Below are positions 39,066 through 50,832 of a DNA stretch of 64,000 bases, piece by piece. The translations under genes were made by a program, and so were the position numbers. Origin of the DNA: Psammoneis japonica (lineage: Eukaryota); contig QPGO01000062.1 of the NCBI GenBank assembly GCA_008632985.1, positions 1 through 64,000 of the forward strand. Reading direction: 5' to 3'. Position 1 is the stretch's first letter. Every line of letters begins with the position of its first letter. The notes beneath the pieces were generated by a model that searched no databases, was not told where the DNA came from, and was given only the letters and a program-made list of their open reading frames with translations.

Positions 39066-41750
39066 AAAAATGCAGATGTGATCTTGGCACTTTTGGCTTG
39101 GCTAAAACTGGAAGTCCTCAAAGCCTTCCAAAGGTGGCCCTGTCACATCCACCACAATGTGGCAACACTGTCTTGCCACAGGTGCTCAATGTCCTCTGCC
39201 AACAAATGTGCCCCATGCTGAAGGCAGCCATTTGTTCAAAAAATTCCGTGTTTCACCATTTGCTGACAGACTCAAAATTTGTTCCACTCTGCCAAGTCAA
39301 ACTGGTGGTTGCAGCAGCAAAGCATCATGGTGGATTCATTGATGCATGACAGCTGCTTGAGCTTGAACATGTTGTTTTAAAATGAGAGCAAGTGTTGCAT
39401 TTCAGGCAACAACCACACAAAAAAATTGTTGAACATGGAAATGAAGCTCTTGTGCAGTTTGGCTTCCTGGCATGGTGCAAAAACTCAGCAAGCAATGGAT
39501 TCAAGATGTTGTCTGGTGTGACTTTGGCAAATGCCATCCTCAATGTGACAAATTTGGAGAACAGAGCCCCCCTTTGTGAAAAGTCAACTGACCATTGTGG
39601 TGCAACCATTCAACAAGAGTCTGTGACAATGGCTTTGCTTTCTGCCACCAGCAGCTTTGCATCAGCACACAAACACAAGAGACTTCAGACAGGGCTCACA
39701 GTTGGTTGATGATGCTCTCATTGGCTTGATGCTCTGATGATGAAAGGCAAAAGCATGGCAGATGGCAGAGTGCAAACAAGCAGATCTTAAAAGAAAATGG
39801 ATTTAAAAACAAAGATGCTGCTAAATTGCCATGGCAATGATGCTGGCATCATCGGCAAGTCCTGCAAGAGCATTTGTGTTGTCACTTCTTCACTTCACAA
39901 GGAAGTTGTCAAGTCCCAGCTGCACAATGATGTGAAACACCAAGAATCACCCACATGTTCTGTGTGTGGTTTGAGCCTGGCGTTTGCATGAGTGACCTGC
40001 ATTGTGGATGGCAGCAGCTGTGAAAGACAGGCAGCTCATTGGGCTCTTTGCTTTCAAGGATGTGACAACTCACACAGTTGCCAAAGAGCTGTGCACACCC
40101 AGAGTCAGTGAAGCTGTTGGGGGCAAAGTGACAGCCCCTGTCCACTCTTTTTTTTTTCATTGAGGAAGGCAGTTTCTGCACTTCAAAAAGAAGGAGCCAA
40201 TGTCATGAATGACAATGAAGGCAAAAAATGCTGCCAACTGTCAACTCCAGTGCAAGCTTGGCTGCAGATTGTGGCAACCAGGTGATTTTCACAACAAAAA
40301 AATGTGTGCCCCTTGTTGTTGGTTGTCCCACAGAAAACATCCAAGTTCATTCAACACTTTGCACATCTGTCCAACACAGCAAAAATGCTTGAGCATGGCA
40401 GCCAGGCATCAAATGGCTGGCTCTGTCAGCTCTCTGTTGGGAGCAGCACAAAGCCTGGTTGCAGCAGCTTTGTGCACCCCCAGGAGGATGAGCGAACCAA
40501 AGACATTGTTGTGTCTCCTGTTTTGAGCTTCAGGTTGTCATTGTGCACCTCCATGCCCATGTTGCAGAAGCAAGGAGAGATCCAAATTTCTCTGGGATGA
40601 CACAGTGCCCACCACATGATGTGGTGCAGCAGCAGCAGTTGTCATCATGGCTGTGAGGGACACCATGAAAGAGGTGGGGAAAGTGGGAAAAAACTCAGAA
40701 ATGACAAAAAAGGCAAGGACAGAGATGTGTGAAGAGACAACAGGCACTCCTCTTAACATCCACTCTAAAATTGGAAAGAACCAAATTGTCCAGAAGCCAA
40801 AAATGAAGTGCATGTGTGTTGTTGTGATCAGCTGTTTTGCAGCACCCAACAGCTGCTGTTCTCCTGACCCATGTTTTTCCTGGCAGTGGGAGCAACAGAC
40901 AAACATGCTGATGTTCAATCTCACTCATGCCTCTTCCACCTGCCATTTGGCCCTGCTTTGCTCAGGAGCTTTGGGAAGTTTGAAGAAAGCAGTGTGGGTG
41001 CTGGCACAAAGCTGGCTCATCCCTGCCAAGCCAAGCATTTGCTTTTCTGGTTCTAAAAGGCAACCACAAAGCAAAACCCTCCTGGCAAGTGTGTGGCCAG
41101 CTCCGACCCAAGAAAAAAAAATTGCACAAGCCGTGCTGTTTGGGGCCAACAAAAGAAAAGAAGATTGTGACTTTGGAAAAAGATGGACACATGATGTGCC
41201 TGGCTGAAAAGAACACCATCAAACTTTGGAAAAATGAGCCATTCCCTGGCCCTTGGCATTTTGAGGGGCACACACACGGTCTTGAAAGAATGCCAACAAT
41301 GGCCAAAGAAGTTGTGGGAGTTGTCGCAAGCCAAACTTCAAGAGATTCTCCCAGCTGTCAAGGGACAGTGCTGGCAGTTGCCTGGCCCTCAGATTGGCTC
41401 TTTGAATTGGCAAAAAAGCTGGTTAAGAGGACTGCATTTAGGGGACCGTCACCAAGGTTGATCAAACACAAAAAGAGCCACACTTGCAGTCATTTGCAAG
41501 TTCAGTTGAAGTGATTCATGTTGGTCACAACCCCCCACTTTTCACACTGCAAGATTCAATGTCAACAACACATCCTCTGGTTTTGTAAATCAATGCAGGC
41601 AGAAGAATGCATGGTCATGGAGAGCTTTCAGCTTTTGAGAAGTTGACACCACTCCCAGATTTCTTTCCCTCATGTCACCACACCATCAGAGTCTGATGAA
41701 GAACACTCAACACCACATCATTTTCCTTTTTCACTTCAGCCCAGAATTCG
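39066..41750. repeat. Unidentified degraded repeat DNA, depleted of TpA and CpG
   Basis: Composition only; no recognisable domain. Confidence 0.5.
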
Positions 41751-42108
41751 GAGAAGCACAAAGAAAGCAACAAACAATAATGTCAAAAGGCTGCAACGAA
41801 AAAAAAAAGAGATGATCCCCGTGGTGCGTGGACACAGAAGAATCCTTCAAAATGGAAGATGCTAGGCACAATGAGGACAACACAGGGCCTCAACGATGAA
41901 AACGCGACGATTGTCCGTAACGAGATTTCGGGCGCTTGGAGGTGAAAAGGAAAGAACCGCGGCAGCAAAGCAAGTGTTGTTGTTGCTAAACACCTAAAGC
42001 TGGAATTTGTGAACAAACTACTACAGTGTACTGATAGCAAACAAAGTATATCGCCCACAATTGTTACTCTATGCTGGATCAGGAATCGACCACAGCATCA
42101 ACCTGACA

Positions 42109-42957
42109 CTACGTCGACAGTGTCGAACACGGATCTGGCTGCGGCAACGGAACTATGTCTGAGCAAGGCCGAGCAATGTTGGACGACAAACCACTGTTTC
42201 GTCGCGTTCGTCCAGCATAGTCATTAAACACTCCGCCACTGTTGAATTCGTCGCATTCGATACAATCCGCCAAATCGCAGGGGAAATCGTCTTCATTGGG
42301 ATCTCTACCAAGCAATGTAAACTTAAGACACGTTCCAAAACAAAAGTCTCGTGTGTTACGAGTATTGTAATACCACATGGTGGCACAGGATTCTGTAAAG
42401 CCGAGGCCTTGAAGGCATTTAATGGCAAGCGATCTGCTAAAGAGTCCCTTGAGTCCGCACCGTGTGGTGGCACTAAGCAAGTTTGGACCTTGTTCCATAT
42501 AGACACTCAAGTCTTGAAGAGAGGAACAGTATCCGCAAGGAGTATCATGAGTAACGTAACGGTCATCCAGTGCCTCTAGAAGATCTTCATCATCGATAGT
42601 CTCTAAGGAGTACGTGTGGCCGGTGGGACACTGCGAGCCGTCGCCAGGCTTGACGATCTCCACAACACAAAATCCTGTCGTTTTTTCACTGAACCTAGGA
42701 CATGAAATATCTTCATCATAGGGATCACAGTCGAGACTCTTGGACTCTGTCAATTGCAACGCTCGCAAATTTGGAATGATTCCTGAAAAGTCTGTTTCGG
42801 GCTTCTGGTTATCAGCGGGGCATCCGCCTCCATCCGGAATGCAAAAACAGCCTTCACAATCAGCAAAGTCACCATTTCTTCCTAAGGAGGAAGATGTATC
42901 ATGTAAGCATAGAAGAAGAAGCAGGACGATCGATGCAGGAGCTCTTATTGTTGTCAT
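42109..42957 (-). CDS. Secreted Cys-rich protein of unknown function (paralog B)
   Basis: Collinear with and highly similar to 32011-32853; signal peptide. Confidence 0.8.
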   Translation of the reverse strand: MTTIRAPASIVLLLLLCLHDTSSSLGRNGDFADCEGCFCIPDGGGCPADNQKPETDFSGIIPNLRALQLTESKSLDCDPYDEDISCPRFSEKTTGFCVVEIVKPGDGSQCPTGHTYSLETIDDEDLLEALDDRYVTHDTPCGYCSSLQDLSVYMEQGPNLLSATTRCGLKGLFSRSLAIKCLQGLGFTESCATMWYYNTRNTRDFCFGTCLKFTLLGRDPNEDDFPCDLADCIECDEFNSGGVFNDYAGRTRRNSGLSSNIARPCSDIVPLPQPDPCSTLST

Positions 42958-43346
42958 GGTCGAGATAGTCTTCAAAAAGTGCGACGCTGAAATAATGAAA
43001 ACTGAAAGACAGGAAAAAGACGAGGCGTGCGCGCTCTCGTTGTTGTCCGTTGCGGGAATGAAGTTATTCATGTCTTTTGATAGATAATTACCGTTCGACG
43101 ACTCGATGCCGCGCAGACACGGGATGAGTCGGTCGCACATGATTTTGAGAACCTCACACCCTTTTATTCAGACATCCACGTCATCTTTGTAGGGTTTGGT
43201 ACATTTTCTACGTGATTTGAATCGGTCGGCAACACGTGGACACACAAGCTCACAAAATGAGCAAAATGTTGGTAAAGATTTCATGCTCGTGGCTGGTTAA
43301 CGATAAGCCCATAGCCCAATCTCTTTGTCTGACTTCGAGCCAAAGT

Positions 43347-43465
43347 AAGCTAAATGGTTAGTGTAAATCGTTAAGTGTCATTTCCACTTCGACACAAAGA
43401 AAGCTAAATGGTTAGTGTAAATACTTAAGTGTCATTTCCACTTCCATACAAAGACAGCTAAATGC
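43347..43465. repeat. Tandem repeat, ~2.2 x 54 bp
   Basis: agctaaatggttagtgtaaat..ttaagtgtcatttccacttc.. starting at 43347 and 43401, partial at 43455. Confidence 0.85.
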
Positions 43466-43899
43466 TTAACGGTAGTGGTCAGATTTCAAAATCTGAGCAA
43501 TACAGAAATGTCAATGATGAATAAGGATTTTAGATTGCTTCTGCCGTAAATATCATTACGCCAATGCCACTAATGAATACACAAATGAATTTGTATTCCA
43601 TCCTTTTCCTGAACTTTGATCTATCGGCATTTTCGATACGAGCACTCGACGCGATGACAACAATGAGGCATGCTTGTATGTGTCATGGCCATAAGCTGTG
43701 AGGCGTACCGTCACATTTGGATTGAACTCGGGGATCTTGATGTCGAAAGTAGCCATTTGTTTGACATTCGTGATTTTTCATCGCCCACAAACTGGGATTT
43801 CAACTGAGTCGAGTTGATGTTGGACGTGTTTCAAAGCACTGCGTTTGATGAAACAATTGAGCGCTCTGGAATTATGGCATTTTATGCCATGGAGACTTA

Positions 43900-45850
43900 A
43901 AACAGCAAATGGGTTGACAATCAAGCAGTGATCGGGTTTGCCAACATTTCCAAAAATGTGACAACAAAAGTTGCATCACTCAACAACCAACAACATCTCA
44001 AGAGATGGAAGCAAGAAAAGTGACTCCTCTTTGCACTTGAATTAAAAGAGACAACAATGCACAACAAACATTTGAGAAGGACAAGAAGCTCTTGAATGCA
44101 TGGAACCAGAAGAGAGTCAATGAACCGCTCTTGTTCTGAACCTCTTGACCTGTTCTGTCCATGATGGTGGTTGGCTGAAAGGTCGGTGGTGGTTTTTTTA
44201 TGTGACTTGCAGCTTGAGGCATGTTGATGCATGAACACATGGCCCATGTGTGGTGTCACCTTTGGAAAGTGCCACTTGTGGAGCTTGAGTGGACAACTCT
44301 CTGTGCTCAAGCTTTGTCCGCCAAATGCTCCATCAAAGTCCAGATGCTGCCACATCCCACCCGACCATTGACACAAAACAGTTCTTGCAAAATGTTGTTG
44401 CCTGTTTCCCTCTTCCTCTGCAGAGCAGCCCTCTTGGTGACAGTGCTGCCCACATGCCAGAATGTGCTCAAGAATGCTTTCCATTTTGCCGGCAAAGATG
44501 CCCAACGCGGGGCTGTGTGGGCTCGAATCTCTCTCAAGACAAGCTGACATTTGTGCCTGGCACTGGCGGCAATGCTGAGCCCTCCTTCCTGTTTGACTTC
44601 CCAGGAGTGTGCCCAGATCTCCTGCGTGCTGAGTGGCTCAACCACAAGAGTCGCTGTCTTTGTCAGTTTTGTCAGCAGGATGTGCCAAGGCTGCTCTGGC
44701 CATGTGTGCGCAAGGACAGCTGCGACAGCGCTTTCTGCTGTCAGCAAAGAGTGTGAGCTGGCTGGACTGCCCAACCCCACACTTCACAGCTCCTTGGCAG
44801 TCACCCCAAATCAAGTGCCAACTTGGGGTCAACCACACCTGGCTGGTTGCAATGCAAAGACAGCTGTGGCAGCACTTTGTGACAACAAAGAGAGTGCGAG
44901 CTGGCTGGGCTCCCAACCCCACACTTCACAGCCCCTCAGCACTGGCTCCCAATCAAATGCCAACTTGGGGCCAATGGCTGTGAAGCCATCATTGCAAATC
45001 CCTGTGCCTGCCCCCTCACACAGCTTTGCACAGGGTCAACATGTGTGGCCTTTGCAAGATGGGCCCTGGCTGGCTGCTGGCTCCTCAGCCACACGGCTTG
45101 CACAACAAGCCACCACAACACAGAGCACTGTGGGGTGAGTGCAGCACAGCCCAAACAAGCACACCATGCTGAGATCACCCAGAGTTGGCTGCTGTCCTGG
45201 GGCTCCATTCAAAGCTAAGCTGGGCTGCTTGGCTCCTTGGTGTGCAGCACATGCTTGGCATCACATTCTTGTTGCCAAGCAGCCGCATGGCATGTGCCCA
45301 CCATTTGTGCCTGCAACAGCGACCCCAGCCACAAAGAAGCCAACAAAAAGTTGAACCTGGTTTTGTGGTTGAAGAGTGAAGAAACTGTGAGTGAAGTTTG
45401 GTTCAAGATTTGTTGGCAATGCCAAGTGGGCAACCAAAGAGAGGCGCCAAAAATGGCTGTTCTTGCTCATTTCTCAAGAGGAGCTTGCGCTCATGATGCA
45501 GGGTCTGAAGCAAGCACCAGCCAAGACAACAGTTTTTTTCTCTCTGCCCCACTTAAAACACAGCCTTTGAGTCAATGTGGTGCTCCTTCAACAACTCACG
45601 CACACTGGGAAGAGCAGCTGGAGCCAGGGCAGCTGGCCTGGCAGGGCTTGGCTGACACCCAAGCTGGGATGCTCAGCCTGGTGGCACACACTCAGTGCCA
45701 CATTGTCACCCTCCTGCAACTGCAATGTGCCCCACTCTTTGCACCTGCAGCAACCACCCTGGATCAAAAGAAGCCAGTGCAACTCTGGCCATGGTTGCAT
45801 GGTCAATTGTGTGTGTGTGTTCAACGGTTGATTCCCCTCTTTTTTTCTCT
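43900..45850. repeat. Unidentified degraded repeat DNA, depleted of TpA and CpG
   Basis: Composition; overlapping Tyr-free ORFs; short internal duplication (ccaaccccacacttcacagc...aaatcaa.tgccaacttgggg twice). Confidence 0.55.
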
Positions 45851-45934
45851 TTTCCTTTAACCGGCCACGAACATGAAAAAATTGCCAAAATGTTGATGTG
45901 CGGTGACGACCGGTGACTCACTTTTTTTCTTACA

Positions 45935-46748
45935 ATGACGATCAATAGAATCACGATGCGTCTTTTTCTAATTGTACTGGTTTTTCATGTGACTCATGCG
46001 TGGGTACCACCCACCATGGGCTTGGGAGCTATCTTTTTGAAACCACAAGGAATGAAGACCGAACCCAGTTTTGGTGATTCAAGAACGCTCATGGATGCCG
46101 CCGACTTCTTCATGGATGGCTTTTGGTGAGTGAATGTTATTGGGAGAAGAATTGAAAGGTGGTTCCGTTATGGCATGAACTAATTTAGTCTTTTGTTGTA
46201 GGTCCGCAAAGGTTGGTGGCGGGGCCAAGGAATTGTCGGATAGTCAACGAAAGTCGCTTTACGGAAATCAAATGATGGAATTCCAACGTCGGTACGGAAT
46301 GAAAATGAGCAGCAACAGGGACCGAAGATCGGAATTGTTAATTTGTCGCAATGGAAAGAATGAAATCATGGGCGTTGCTGGACTAGAAGTGGATCGGATT
46401 CCAAAAGATTCTCTCAAGGGACAAACGTTGGCACGCGCACCACTCATGAGCAATTTGGCTGTCGGAAGGAAATTTCGACGACGGGGTATTGCGGAAGAAC
46501 TGGTACAACAAGCGGAAAATATGGCACGAAAAGAATGGGGTTATGATGAATGCTATCTTTATGTGGAACAAAGAAACAAACCTGCGATTCGGCTGTATCA
46601 AAAAATGGGATACAAAAAATTATGGCAGGACGATTCGGCAAAGACTCTCTTGCCGACAACTAAGGGTAGTGTGGAAAACACCGACACGACAATTGTCTGT
46701 ATGAGGAAGCGACTGAATGGAGGTATTTTTGGAAGATTTTTCTCATGA
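45935..46748 (+). CDS. GNAT-family N-acetyltransferase, probably plastid-targeted (2 exons)
   Basis: Motif A SNLAVGRKFRRRGIA; N.PAIRLYQKMGY. Signal peptide ending HA|WVP. Intron 46126-46201. Confidence 0.85.
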
Positions 46749-46807
46749 GTAGTTCGCTACTGCTCCGTTTTGACTGCCCTTAGGCGCTAGATAGTGCAGA
46801 GGCGCCG

Positions 46808-48700
46808 CTAATAAAGTAAATCGTTCATTTCTTTCTTGGTAAACGCGACAGCGTTGGGATTGGATGGTGTCCAGATGGAGCCAAATTCGCTTTTCGGCAC
46901 CAATCGATGGTGTAGCATAAGATGATGGTCACTGTCGTTTGATGAAGCAACGTCGCGTCCCGCCTTGCTTTTCGTACGGAGGAATAGGAGTCCAGGTGAC
47001 ACATGCGTAATGTGAAGCTTGCACATGTGTTGCATCCAGACGTCATATTCATCTTTAGTGTCAGCACGCCTCGATGCATAAAGTTCTGCGCCTACGGAAT
47101 GTTGATTTGTAAACAAGATTCCACATGCTGTTGGCCCTGATATCTTCGATGGTACCCACCACTGTTGGATGCGCCAAAGCAATTTATGGTCGTCTTGCAC
47201 ATTCTTTGTTCCTTCACCATGTTCCACAGTGGAGGACGAGAAGGATGTATCCCCTGTGGGTGGATTCATAAACTCTGAAACAATCGCAAGTACACCATTG
47301 TGAGGATTGAGCACTCTGGATGCCAACTCTACAATTTTCCCAAGAACCGCTTCTCCATCTGATCCCCCGGAAGAAAACAGCCCGTACCGTTGGGCAATGT
47401 CCTCCTCTTGAGGAGGAACGGGAATAAAAGGTGGGTTCGCCAACATGATATCAAAGAGCCCGTCCTTAACCAAGTCATCCACCAGAAGAGAATCGTTTTC
47501 TGAAGCTCGTGCGTAGTTGTCAAGGCCGAGGTCACGAGCTTTACCTGAAACCAAATCTCCCAAGACCACGTCGACACGATTTCCCATGTCGTTTAGCATG
47601 GCATTGAATTTTGTAAAGTGCAACGCCCGTTCACTGCAATCAACGCACAAGGCGGTGGCTTTCGGATCTATTGATTGCATAGCCATGAGCGTGGAAAGAG
47701 CTTGGATCCCGCTTCCAGTGCATACATCTAGTATTCGTCTGGGCAATGTTGCTGCAGCTGCGCCGACAGTTTGTTCAAGTTGCTGCAACTCCAACTGATG
47801 CTGAACCAAGGCCAACGAGTCTGGTCCAATATACATGACAGTCCCGTGGTTCCGAGTACCAACCGTTGTGGTGGATAACACTCTCGGATGCAAATCTGTA
47901 ACTAAAAACAGAGTTGCTGGCTTGCCGGACGACAATACCGAAACGTCCAGAGGAAACACGTGCACATACGGAACCACAAGTTGCTTCTCAATCTGGCAAC
48001 AAAATGCGAGGCCCAGTTCTTCTAGTAACGCTACTGACTGCTCGCCACCCGGAAGCGACTCGATCATGGTCTTGCGAGGAACTGAACAGCATCAAATCAA
48101 ATTCAGGAACCTTGAGCTAATATTATTGCGTCAACAACTCCATCTTCAAAAAGCAAGAGGTGGCGTACCTGATATCCCCAATAAAAAGAGCGTTACCAGA
48201 CACTGCAATGATGACGGTTCAGCTTCGCCAAGAAGCGGAGATAACATGGATGAGCCAGCTATGGGTGGCTTTAAGAAAAGTGGACCATTCGCTAAGAGAT
48301 TTTCGGTTCGAACCCCAAACATTTTGGCGACACTGGCATTGTTGTAGTCGCTTTGAAGCAGTAATTCTCGAAGTTGTCGTATGGAATCTTCGTTGTTCAG
48401 AGGACAGGCAGCGTCGTGGCGTTTGGGCGTATCCGGCGATGACGCTATTCTTGTAGCTGCAGTCAAATCGTCGGGTCGTAGCAAGGACTGGTACATTGAG
48501 AGGGCTGCATCATGACCCAGTTTTGTGCGACAATACCTAGCTTCTTCAAAGCTTGTCGTTTTCTCATGATTAACGTGCAAAGGAGAGTCTCCCGCAAAGG
48601 CAAAGCATGCCGAATATTCCCAGAACAAACCACGTGACAGAAACCCCAACAACAAGCAAATTCGAGGAATGATTCCACGAGAATAAGAACTATATCTCAT
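46808..48700 (-). CDS. Class I SAM-dependent methyltransferase, HemK/PrmC/MTS-like (2 exons)
   Basis: ILDVCTGSGIQA, ANPPF and VMYIGPDS motifs. Intron 48082-48168 joins the two ORFs in frame. Confidence 0.85.
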
Positions 48701-49112
48701 GTGTCACTTTCTCCTGTGCAAATGCCTTGGTCTAGAACAGTATGAAAAGGGGCATGTTCACTCTAAGAGACGATTTTGCAGCACGCAGAAAGCTGAAAAC
48801 GCCATTGCCAAGACTTATGCCTTATGCGTGCGCAATGCGCAACGACGAGAGGGCGTTTTACGGCTTGGTTTGTTGTGCTTTACGAAAATCTAGCTAGACA
48901 AAGATAAGAGCCATGCATAGTCTACTAGCTAGAGGCCCTACCATAGCTAGTACCTTAGGTGGTAGTAGCAAGTAATCATCAATAGCTCGAAAGAATGGCG
49001 CATTGGCGCTTTTTGGAGCAATGAGCTGGGATTTTTCAGACCACGTTTCGCTGGACCGACGCAGACTGCCTTCAACGAGAATTTTGTTATCTGAGGAACC
49101 CATGTATATAGT

Positions 49113-50478
49113 TCACCGCTTTCCCGCATCACCATATTTGCCCCAACTAATGGATTGTAGTTCTTTTGGAAGTTTTGCTGTCCATTCTTTTGCCTTGCAA
49201 AAAGGGAGCTCTTGTAGCTCGTTTCCATTTGACAAATTATCCAAAATGTGATAGAAACTATTCAACTCGTGTACGAGATCAGATGAGCTTCGACGACTGC
49301 CGATGAAAGCCGATCGAGACCGCGACACCAATGCAAAATCACGAAAGTATGAAAACTGGTCAAAGGGACCATGTTCGACGGGTCTGCCTGGATGCCTTAA
49401 TTCATCCTTTGTGGCTTGCACAAACGTCATATTTCTCTCAACCAGCCACGCTTCCAGCTTTTCTAACGTACACTTTCTGTCGGACATTGCGCGCACCTTG
49501 ACTTTTGGTTTCGCTTGCAAGCCTAGTTCATGAAAACAGTCAATTTCACGTTGTATATTGCACCCTGTATCATTGGCAAAGACATGTCGCGACTGTAGTC
49601 CAACTGTAAAGACGTCCACATCACTATCCGTCCATTCACTGTCGGGGATTCCCTTGATGGATTCGCCGGCAAAATCAAAACTATACCGAAAGACCATTCC
49701 GTATAAAAAGAAGTAGCCAAGCAACAAGAGTCCCTCTTCCAATTGTGTGCTTGTACTATCTAAAAGCCCTTGTCTGCGCCACGTTGCAAACAGATTCAGG
49801 TCTAACCCCCCTACAGATTTGAATAGAACAAAGCGTTCGTCGTCGCCATCCTCCAAGGCCAATTTATCTTTCCAATCACTGTACAATGGTAACCAGGGAG
49901 CACGGTGCAAAACTTGACTACAAATCTCTTCCGTAAAGTTTCGCGCGACTTTGCAAACTTTGGTCGTTTTTTGAAAGGTCTCACACGCCTCTGGATTCCA
50001 GTACTGTACAAGGAGCGTGCGATTGGTCAAGATTGCCAAAATCAAGTCTACAGACAAGCGTGAGCGACATAGAAGAATTCTAATGAACAAGTCAATCACT
50101 CTTACCACTGGCAAACATGTGAAAAATATTGCCAGCCCGGAACGGGCACTGATAGAAGGCTACCGCAAAGCTGCGGTGATTAGGATTTTGCTCCAGCGCA
50201 TGGACAGAGTGTTGTTGTATATAACGTTCCATTATTTGAATAGGTTCAGGGAGATCCGTTCTATTGTGCTTTACGATGCCTTGCAAAGGATGCGTCCATC
50301 TACTAGTGTTCTTCTCGTTCGTTCTGACGACATCCCAAACTTCCGATCTCAATCGAAATCCAGATAACAATACAGAAATGTATCCAAACACAAGTATTCT
50401 AATCAGGAAACGCCAATTGTAGATAAGCCGCTTTTGCTCGGTTTCTCGTTCCGATTGCTTTTCCATTGTGTTCGCCAT
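49113..50478 (-). CDS. Putative fucosyltransferase-like glycosyltransferase, type II membrane (2 exons)
   Basis: N-terminal TM. CPFRAGN, LAILTNR, VGLQSRH, MSDR and FIGSRRSS motifs. Probable intron 50048-50105. Confidence 0.6.
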
Positions 50479-50832
50479 TGTGAGAACACCGAGACATCAA
50501 TCATCAATCTGGAATCGCCAAAAAGAAAAAATGTGAGGTTGATCACAAACGTTTTCCTTTATGGTTTGCTGTGCTTTCAGAATCGAAAACGTAGGGCGGG
50601 TGGGCATAAACAAAAGAGGTCATTTCTTTAAGTCATTATGCCTAAAGATATGTGGACTTAAACAATTAGATGTTGCGTACATAAAGAGTATGAAGGGCGG
50701 GACATAAGTGACAAATGCCTGTCTCACAAATGCCCCACTTTTTTGTTGTTTCGCCGCATCATCAGAAAAGAATGCTTTCAAAGCCGTGAATCATCGAAGG
50801 CGAAACTGAAAACGAAAACATCGATAAGAGAA

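Noticed and set aside
35900..41750. Classical RIP or simple CpG decay as the explanation
   Set aside because: RIP creates TpA, and CpG decay does not remove it. The observed direction is TpA loss.
46808..48700. NPPF-motif methyltransferase as the DNA adenine methylase behind the signature
   Set aside because: It looks like an ordinary HemK/MTS-type enzyme with an N-terminal targeting-like peptide. Only proximity links it to the signature.
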